DNA from: Patescibacteria group bacterium
Lineage (GTDB): Bacteria > Patescibacteriota > Patescibacteriia > PEXW01
DNA length: 64,000 nt
Assembly (NCBI GenBank): GCA_041665345.1
Contig: JBAYJA010000001.1
Span: 602,522 to 666,521, forward strand
Direction of reading: 5' to 3'
Part shown: piece after piece, positions 27,183-33,983 of the stretch
Layout: every line of letters begins with the position of its first letter
How positions within the stretch are numbered: position 1 is the stretch's first letter
Translations under genes and position numbers: made by a program
The notes under the pieces: generated by a model
What the model was told of the DNA's origin: nothing
The model's input: the letters and a program-made list of their open reading frames with translations, nothing else
The model's database searches: none

Positions 27183-28325
27183 TTAGGCCGAAGGTACGTT
27201 TGCGAGGGTGTACTCGCCGGTTGGGAGTTTGGTAAATTTGGAACGATTGGTGAGTGCCAGGTGGATGGTATTTCGTTTCACGACGCGCTGCTTCAGCACC
27301 TCCTGCACCAGTTCATCACGTCGCATTGGTCGGCCAGCTTTCTGTAAGGTAGTCACAAGTATGTCAGCAACTACGCCTGGCTGAAAGCCCCATTCCTGCA
27401 GAGCATAAATTCCACGGCCAATGAGCACGTACTCTTTATTGAGAATGAGCTCATTATGCACGGTTGGTGCGTACGCAGTCCGATGATCAAATTTTGCTTC
27501 ATTAATGAGCCGAGTGATCTCATTGAAGTGTAGGGGTTTCTTTGCCTTCTGTAGCACTAAGTGTATCTTATCATTCATTCGCTTGGGGACGATACTCCCC
27601 CACGCCACCAAGCCATACTCATCGTACGGATTACGAGCTAAAACCGTGCTGACATCAATGTACGCACTAATGGCGTTGTCGGTTAACTGAAAGCGGTGTT
27701 CCTGTGCGAAAGCGGTTTTTCCAATTTCTTGGAGCAATTCTTGCAATTTTATTGGTGTCTGACGTGCTTCGAGAATCCGCACCGCCTCGGTAATGGTATC
27801 AGCTACTAAGTGCACCGGGGCAGTCACAGACTGCCACGCTGGCCAGTAGCTTGGATTCTCCTGGAACCGCTTGCAACGATCAGCAAGCAAAAATTCCATC
27901 AAGAAGAGTGTGCAGGCGCGGTAGCCTGCATGCGTATCATTGACTCCCAAAAGTTGCTGCAGAAACATTTCTTCCCGCATGACTCCGCCGTGCTGGTCAA
28001 GCACTGTGGTAATAGCGTCTGCTACCGGTTGCAATAATTCATGCACGCCGTGCAATTTTCGGAGTTTCCCAATTGCGCCAGTGGCAATTTGACGAACCCG
28101 TTCTCGCGTCACCTTGTAGTAGGCACCAATCATCTCCAGGGTTTGCGCATCTTCTCCATTGAGGGCATGCCGACGACGCAAAATATCCTCTTCCCGAGTG
28201 GGTAAAGATTTTAGCAGCGTGGTTACCACCTCAACTGGGTTGAAGTGCTCAATCTCCTGGGTCTGCTTCTGGGAGAGTACTCGGTCGAGAATGGAACTGG
28301 TATTGTCGCTTTGCACGTTGTCCAT
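27183..28325 (-). CDS. Sigma70 region-4 HTH plus tandem winged-HTH (HARE-HTH/RpoE-like) protein
   Basis: LPTREEDILRRR...TLEMIG...VTRERVRQI; KPLHFNEI...TVHNELI...VLIGRGIYAL. Confidence 0.8.
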   Translation of the reverse strand: MDNVQSDNTSSILDRVLSQKQTQEIEHFNPVEVVTTLLKSLPTREEDILRRRHALNGEDAQTLEMIGAYYKVTRERVRQIATGAIGKLRKLHGVHELLQPVADAITTVLDQHGGVMREEMFLQQLLGVNDTHAGYRACTLFLMEFLLADRCKRFQENPSYWPAWQSVTAPVHLVADTITEAVRILEARQTPIKLQELLQEIGKTAFAQEHRFQLTDNAISAYIDVSTVLARNPYDEYGLVAWGSIVPKRMNDKIHLVLQKAKKPLHFNEITRLINEAKFDHRTAYAPTVHNELILNKEYVLIGRGIYALQEWGFQPGVVADILVTTLQKAGRPMRRDELVQEVLKQRVVKRNTIHLALTNRSKFTKLPTGEYTLANVPSA

Positions 28326-28351
28326 ACAATGGATTTCGCTAATCGTTGCAT

Positions 28352-28380
28352 AGTATATCACTTTGTTTACAACATGTCAA
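28352..28380 (-). promoter_or_regulatory. Sigma70 promoter
   Basis: Minus strand TTGACA, 17 bp, TATACT, with TGn extension. Confidence 0.7.
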
Positions 28381-28398
28381 GTTTTTGTGATGAAATAC

Positions 28399-28431
28399 AA
28401 AAAGACTCACCCCACCAATGAGCAGTCTTTT
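28399..28431 (-). terminator. Intrinsic terminator after secF
   Basis: AAAAGACT...AGTCTTTT inverted repeat with T-run on the minus strand. Confidence 0.55.
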
Positions 28432-29332
28432 ACGCCCGCCGCCGTTGCTTCCAGTTGTTCCAAACAACGAGCAAGGATGCAGCGACAAAAATAGAGGAAT
28501 ACGTTCCGGCGGCTATCCCGATGAGCAATGCAAGAATGAAGTACTGTATGGAACCCCCACCAAAGAGCACAAGCGCAATGAGAATGAAAATTGCTGTAAG
28601 TGAGGTGTTGATTGACCGAACCATGGTCTGGTTCAAACTTTCATTCACCACCTCGTCAAAGTGCTTTCCGACAGACTGTAATACTCGTTCTCGAATCCGG
28701 TCGTACACCACAATGGTATCGTGGACAGAAAACCCAAGGACAGTCAAGAGGGCGGTGACGAAGAGCGCATCAACTTCGACGCCTCCAAAGTGGCCAAGGA
28801 TGGCGAAGACGCCGATGACAATGCCAACATCATGGATGAGGGCAATAATTGCCGAAGCACCGTATACCCATGACGGCACAGGACCAGCGGACACTTTCCG
28901 AAACGCCCAGGTAACGTAGACAACAATCAAAGCGAGTACAAGAATAGTTGCGACAATTGCTTTACGCTTCAGTTCGGCACCAATGGTTGGACCTATCGTT
29001 TCAAAACTTGCTTCCGCAAAAGTTGGGTCCTGCTTCTGCAGCGCCGCAAGAATCGTATCGTGCTGCTCATTGGTTATGTGTTCCATCCGAAGGATGATCC
29101 CCTTGCTTTCACTGGTTTGCACATGCACTGTACTCACACCAGTGTCACGAACTGCTTTTTCCAAATCAGCCGTGCTTGGCACAGTTTCAGCAAACGAGCC
29201 ACGGAGCAATGTGCCGCCGGTGAAATCAATACCCAGCCGTAAACCCCAGACTGCCCACGCCACAAGCCCAGGAATGACCAGAACGAGTGAGAGGGTAAAG
29301 AAGATGTTTCGCTTTTGGACTATCCGGTACAT
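28430..29332 (-). CDS. secF: Protein translocase subunit SecF
   Basis: LGIDFTGG, IGPTIG.EL, HDV, GFSVHDTIVVYDRIRE, GTYSSIF. Confidence 0.97.
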   Translation of the reverse strand: MYRIVQKRNIFFTLSLVLVIPGLVAWAVWGLRLGIDFTGGTLLRGSFAETVPSTADLEKAVRDTGVSTVHVQTSESKGIILRMEHITNEQHDTILAALQKQDPTFAEASFETIGPTIGAELKRKAIVATILVLALIVVYVTWAFRKVSAGPVPSWVYGASAIIALIHDVGIVIGVFAILGHFGGVEVDALFVTALLTVLGFSVHDTIVVYDRIRERVLQSVGKHFDEVVNESLNQTMVRSINTSLTAIFILIALVLFGGGSIQYFILALLIGIAAGTYSSIFVAASLLVVWNNWKQRRRA

Positions 29333-29335
29333 AAA

Positions 29336-31036
29336 TTACTTCGGTTCAGACGAATCAAGACGGACACCGTACAAGCTCAATTTTTGCGCCCATTTGAATT
29401 GTATGACCAAGCGGAGCAAATTCCGGGTCACGGTAATTGCAGAGAAGAGACTTACCACAATACCAATGAGTAACGTAATGGCAAAACCTTTAATGAGACT
29501 GGAACCAAACCAAATGAGAATGAGCGCCGTAATCATGCTCGAAGCATTGGAGTCTCGAATGGAAAGCCACGCTCGTTTAAAGCCTTCTTGGATTGCGCTA
29601 TCCAACGGGTGCCCGGCTCGCAACTCTTCTTTCGTTCGCTCAAAAATGAGGATATTCGCATCAACAGCAATGCCTATGGTCAAAATGAATCCAGCGATCC
29701 CAGCTAAGGTGAGCGTCACTGGCCAGAGTTTGAAAATCGTCAGCACCAGCAAGGTGTACAGACCCAACGCGATCACCGAGAGGAAGCCTGGTAAACGGTA
29801 GAAAAAAATCATGAATAGTGCCACGACGATGATTCCCAAAAGCCCAGCAAATAAGCTGCGCTGAATTGAATCTGCACCCAATGAAGCACCAACGGTTTGC
29901 TGGCTCACAAGGGTAACGGGAACAGGAAGCGCGCCGGCATTCAGGCGACGGGCCAGGTCTTTTGCATCTTTCAACGTAAAGCTTCCACTAATAACCGCAT
30001 TGCCACCGGTAATTTCCTGATTCACCGTTGGGTTACTGAGGATTTGGCCATCCAGGAAGATCGCTATGGTCTTCCCAATATTCCGCTTCGTAATTTCAGC
30101 GAAGAGTTTTGACCCCTCGTCGTTGAATGTGAGAGCCACCTCAGGCTCGCCAGTCGTTTGCGCAAACGTCACGTCTGCACGCTTCAACTGCTTGCCAGTT
30201 AAGCCAGTAGCAACAAATTGTGCACTCGTTTGGGCAGCAGGATCGGTAGTGGTGAAAAGGATATGACTTCCTCGAACTTCTTGCACATCTTTCCCATCAA
30301 CCTTTGTTGTCCGGGCTTCAATGCGCTTTATAATGTGGTAGCCAAATTGCGTTTTCACTAACTTGGACGTCACTTCTCCATCTTGCAGGTCATCGAAGAG
30401 GGCTTTCTCAAATTCCGCAACAAATGTACCACGCTGGGCAAAACCTAAATCGCCACCCTTTCCCTGTCCATCAGTTCCTGCATTACTTGGGTCTTGCGTA
30501 TTCTCATTTGCTAACTTCGCAAAGTCTGCGCCAGCCGTACGTGCCTGGGTTAAAATGCTTTCGGCTTTTTTCTTCACTTCGGCATTGGCTTTTTCAGCTG
30601 CCGCCTTCTGCTCAGCTGTAGGTGCGGGTGGCGTTCCCGCTTCTTGAAATTCCAAAATTGGCGTGTCACCAATGAGCTGGATTGCTTGGGAGATGTCCTT
30701 AATCCCAGCAAGCTCCACAATGATTCGCCATTTGTCCCCTACTCTACTGGTTTGGACTACTGGTTCTGATACTCCAAAAGCATTCACACGCTGTTCAATA
30801 ACGTCACGTGCGCTATCCAGTGCCGCGGCTTGATCAGCCGCAGCCAGAGCCTCTGTATTTGCTTCGTAGACCAAAGATGCTCCACCCTGTAAATCCAGCC
30901 CCAGGCGGAGGTCAAAAGACCGTTGCAAAAACGGCAATTTGACATTCAATTTTTCAGGAAGGGCAATGTGGGCGGTAACCGCGGTCAAGAGGATTATCCC
31001 ACCAAAGGCAGACCAGAGTTTTGTTCGTGTCGTCAT
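29336..31036 (-). CDS. secD: Protein translocase subunit SecD with inserted parvulin-type PPIase domain
   Basis: LGLDLQGG, RVNAFGVSEP, GALPVP, AVDANILIFER, IRDSN; insert contains GGDLG, KTQFGYHIIK and VRGSHIL. Confidence 0.95.
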   Translation of the reverse strand: MTTRTKLWSAFGGIILLTAVTAHIALPEKLNVKLPFLQRSFDLRLGLDLQGGASLVYEANTEALAAADQAAALDSARDVIEQRVNAFGVSEPVVQTSRVGDKWRIIVELAGIKDISQAIQLIGDTPILEFQEAGTPPAPTAEQKAAAEKANAEVKKKAESILTQARTAGADFAKLANENTQDPSNAGTDGQGKGGDLGFAQRGTFVAEFEKALFDDLQDGEVTSKLVKTQFGYHIIKRIEARTTKVDGKDVQEVRGSHILFTTTDPAAQTSAQFVATGLTGKQLKRADVTFAQTTGEPEVALTFNDEGSKLFAEITKRNIGKTIAIFLDGQILSNPTVNQEITGGNAVISGSFTLKDAKDLARRLNAGALPVPVTLVSQQTVGASLGADSIQRSLFAGLLGIIVVALFMIFFYRLPGFLSVIALGLYTLLVLTIFKLWPVTLTLAGIAGFILTIGIAVDANILIFERTKEELRAGHPLDSAIQEGFKRAWLSIRDSNASSMITALILIWFGSSLIKGFAITLLIGIVVSLFSAITVTRNLLRLVIQFKWAQKLSLYGVRLDSSEPK

Positions 31037-31075
31037 AGGGCAAAAACGCGCCAATGCGCCATCCCAGTGTACCAG

Positions 31076-31100
31076 AAAAAGCCCGGCTGTAAAGCCGGGC
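31076..31100 (-). terminator. Intrinsic terminator
   Basis: GCCCGGCT-4nt-AGCCGGGC with T5 on the minus strand. Confidence 0.75.
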
Positions 31101-31119
31101 GTTAATCCAGTTGCGTACC

Positions 31120-32502
31120 TTACTCCTGCACAACCACCGTACTACCAACGGTCATCCATTTGAACACCTCAGCCGACTCCTTGGGCGAAAGACGGACGCA
31201 GCCATGGGACACGCGGGTGCCAAGATGACTTGTTCCTTCGTAGTAGACGCCGCCATTCTTCAAACGCCAGTACGGTAATGAGTGAATACCATACGCTCCA
31301 TCGGCAGTAATTGCCATCCAATTATCCATGTACAGCGCGTACCGGCTGGAATACGCGGTGGGAATTTTGTTGTGAATTTGGAACGTGCCAATGGGCGTGG
31401 GCATTGACCACTTTCCAGAAGAGATGACATGCGTGGCAATGAGCTGCCCATCTTGGTAGCGGTACATTTTCTGTTCGGAGATATCAATGCGAATTGCTTT
31501 GCCGGTTGGAGATGCTGGCGCGCTTGTTGGCGCGGCTCCAGGGACAACCAAGACTTCATTCTCTGCATCCGCATCCACATTCACCGACGCGACATTCAAC
31601 CCGTAGGTTGCATTTTTCCCAAATGGTACAAAATTCACACCACCGCGTGCACCATCAACTTGGTAGCTAATCACACGACCCTCTTTTCCAGTAGTGGTGC
31701 CAATAAGAATTTCTGGAACCGCGCCTGCAGTGGCCACGCGAACTGCACTGGGTGTACCCGCGCTAGTGAAAGATTGGAATACCTCACCGGTTGGCTGAAA
31801 AATTTTTACCAGCGCATTGGTGTCTGCACTTACAGCAATAATTTCTGCTGCCTGATCACCATCAACATCCGCAACGGAAACATTCAAACCTTTTCGAAAG
31901 GCCTGTGGGTACGCGAAAAATTGGTGTACGCGAGTTCCGTTGCCCCGGAAGAGTACCACCTGTGGTCCACCACCTTTGCCCGGCGCGGCAATAATTTCTG
32001 CCCGACCATCCGCATCAATATCTCCAACCGTAACCGAAACACCACCTCGGAAAGCTTTATCGAACGCCAAGAATGCAGCACGGCGTATGCCGTCCGTGCT
32101 GTAGACACGAATCTCCGGCGTCGTCCCCTGCCCAAAGGCAACAACGACTTCTGGGCGACCATCTGCATTCAAATCACCAAGTGCCACACGTACAGCAGGG
32201 AGGCCTTTCACATTCTCCAGGTACTTCGTTGTGATTACTGAACCATCCAAACGCAGTAAAGAAAAACTTGGCCGCACTCCAGCAGGGCTGCCTATGATAA
32301 TTTCTGGTGTACCATCCAGAGTCGCATCCGCAATCACGACGCTCGCCCCAGCCGGAATTTTTGGCAGCGTTCGAATGATCTTTCCATTCTGGTCGTAGAC
32401 CCCGGAGACAACCTTTGCTGCAGCTTGTGAAATTTGCCCAAAACAAAAGACGCCTAATGCTATGGCGAGTACTCCCAGATAGTGGATGGATCGTAAATGC
32501 AT
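31120..32502 (-). CDS. L,D-transpeptidase (YkuD) with N-terminal FG-GAP-like repeats
   Basis: Repeated GDLNADGRPE / GDIDADGRAE / ADVDGDQAAE; IDISEQ, TPIG, YGIH, SHGCVRL. Confidence 0.92.
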   Translation of the reverse strand: MHLRSIHYLGVLAIALGVFCFGQISQAAAKVVSGVYDQNGKIIRTLPKIPAGASVVIADATLDGTPEIIIGSPAGVRPSFSLLRLDGSVITTKYLENVKGLPAVRVALGDLNADGRPEVVVAFGQGTTPEIRVYSTDGIRRAAFLAFDKAFRGGVSVTVGDIDADGRAEIIAAPGKGGGPQVVLFRGNGTRVHQFFAYPQAFRKGLNVSVADVDGDQAAEIIAVSADTNALVKIFQPTGEVFQSFTSAGTPSAVRVATAGAVPEILIGTTTGKEGRVISYQVDGARGGVNFVPFGKNATYGLNVASVNVDADAENEVLVVPGAAPTSAPASPTGKAIRIDISEQKMYRYQDGQLIATHVISSGKWSMPTPIGTFQIHNKIPTAYSSRYALYMDNWMAITADGAYGIHSLPYWRLKNGGVYYEGTSHLGTRVSHGCVRLSPKESAEVFKWMTVGSTVVVQE

Positions 32503-32534
32503 AAATTTCCTTTATTTTTGTTTAGTATGATTGC

Positions 32535-32563
32535 ATTATAGCACAATATTGACGCTCTGTCAA
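32535..32563 (-). promoter_or_regulatory. Consensus sigma70 promoter
   Basis: Minus strand TTGACA, 17 bp, TATAAT with TGc extension; AAAGGA near the start codon. Confidence 0.8.
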
Positions 32564-32682
32564 AGAATCGGACTACTATTTTGTCTCCCAATCAAATTCT
32601 GTATAGGTCACGCCTTGTTGCTGCAGTGTAATTGCCTTTTTGATGTACGGGATGACATTATTGTTCATAGATGCTAAAAAAG

Positions 32683-32711
32683 TTGACACACTTTCAGCTT
32701 AGAGGTAGGTT
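32683..32711 (+). promoter_or_regulatory. Sigma70 promoter of orphan cassette
   Basis: TTGACA, 17 bp, TAGGTT. Confidence 0.6.
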
Positions 32712-32745
32712 TGAAAAAATAAACACACTACCTAAGGAGGAGCCC

Positions 32746-32961
32746 GTGAGTAAAGTACCAGATACGTTAAAGGATTCTTTCTTGCAATTCTCACGTAACG
32801 GCCGCTGGGGCACATGCGCCGCATGTCCAAGAGACTCAAATGGTCATGCCTACCCTGAGTTCTGTTATTTCACAGAACGTTACGACCACCAACTAGACGT
32901 TGATGAACTTGCGAGCACATACAAAGTGTATACACAAAATGCTCCGCCCGCATCAGTATAA
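32746..32961 (+). CDS. Small hypothetical protein (71 aa; CxxC...H...C)
   Basis: AAGGAGG 5 nt before GTG 32746, which is in frame with track ORF 32671; own promoter and terminator. Confidence 0.65.
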   Translation: MSKVPDTLKDSFLQFSRNGRWGTCAACPRDSNGHAYPEFCYFTERYDHQLDVDELASTYKVYTQNAPPASV

Positions 32962-32969
32962 GAACTTTC

Positions 32970-32995
32970 AACCCACTGCAACGAGTGGGTTTTTT
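32970..32995 (+). terminator. Intrinsic terminator
   Basis: AACCCACT-6nt-AGTGGGTT followed by T-run. Confidence 0.75.
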
Positions 32996-33028
32996 GTCTG
33001 CTGAAACGTATACATGCACTAGGTGCTG

Positions 33029-33424
33029 CTATGCAACTTCTAATTCCTGAAAACCAGTCGTTGCATCAAATACTCTTTTATATTTCACATCCTCAAAAAG
33101 ACCAATCACAATTTCAACTGTTACTCCAACTCTGCAACTATCCTTCAAATGACCGCCCAGCACTTTTCCTTCTTGATCTGAAACTGCAATGTGGATATGA
33201 CAACCATCTGCGGAAATCGTGCCAGTCCCAGACACAATCTCAAATGGGCCGACCAAATTTTTGACTATCTGGTTCTCTGCTGTGGCACCAGCCATACGGA
33301 GGTTAGCATTTTCTAAAGCACCAACGATAGAAAGTAATACACCGGCGGAAATATGCTTCGTCCGATTCTCAATTTCCTCTTTGAGGAGATCTCCTGGATG
33401 TAATCGAAAGGTGAGTTGCTGCAT
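33029..33424 (-). CDS. PPC domain (DUF296) protein
   Basis: FRLHPGDLL, FEIVSGTGTI, HIHIAVSD..G.VLGGHL; AT-rich. Confidence 0.9.
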   Translation of the reverse strand: MQQLTFRLHPGDLLKEEIENRTKHISAGVLLSIVGALENANLRMAGATAENQIVKNLVGPFEIVSGTGTISADGCHIHIAVSDQEGKVLGGHLKDSCRVGVTVEIVIGLFEDVKYKRVFDATTGFQELEVA

Positions 33425-33435
33425 ATAAATACTTT

Positions 33436-33879
33436 CTAGTAAAACTTCTTTTTGGGAAAAAACATGTCGATACACTCTTCCAGGTCATGCATCAAGGGTA
33501 GGTCTGTTGCATTTTCTGGGGTGACCCATTGGTAGGCATCATGCTCACCATCCCGAATTTGGATGACAGGAGCGTTGGCTAAGGCGAGTGAGAACATAAC
33601 ATAGGCAAAATCAGAATCAGCATATCGAACGTAGACTTTCCGAAAGAACTGCAAGTCTTCTTCGGCAACCTGTATCCCAGTTTCTTCAAACAATTCACGA
33701 ACCATAGCTTGCACTTCCGTTTCACCTAGCTCCATCTTTCCGGCTGGCACACCCCATTTGCCGCCATGTGACTTGTGCAAAGGACGGTGCAGCAGCACAA
33801 ACTTCCCATCATGGACTACCCAGCAACCAACGACGGGCCGACGGGGTTGAAAATCTTTGGGTGGTTCAGAAAAAATCAT
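33436..33879 (-). CDS. NUDIX hydrolase
   Basis: Nudix box GKMELGETEVQAMVRELFEETGI. Confidence 0.93.
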   Translation of the reverse strand: MIFSEPPKDFQPRRPVVGCWVVHDGKFVLLHRPLHKSHGGKWGVPAGKMELGETEVQAMVRELFEETGIQVAEEDLQFFRKVYVRYADSDFAYVMFSLALANAPVIQIRDGEHDAYQWVTPENATDLPLMHDLEECIDMFFPKKKFY

Positions 33880-33895
33880 TGAACCTTAGCAATTG

Positions 33896-33934
33896 CTACG
33901 CCCCATGACACTTTTTGTACTTCTTCCCACTCCC
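33896..33934 (-). pseudogene. Remnant second secA 3' end (GSGKKYKKCHGA*)
   Basis: Imperfect direct repeat of 33997-34020 encoding the second half of a canonical SEC-C motif, downstream of the secA stop and in another frame. Confidence 0.6.
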
Positions 33935-33983
33935 ATCCACCGACGCTGCTGCTTTGGTGGACTCCGCTTGTGGGTCTAGAAAA

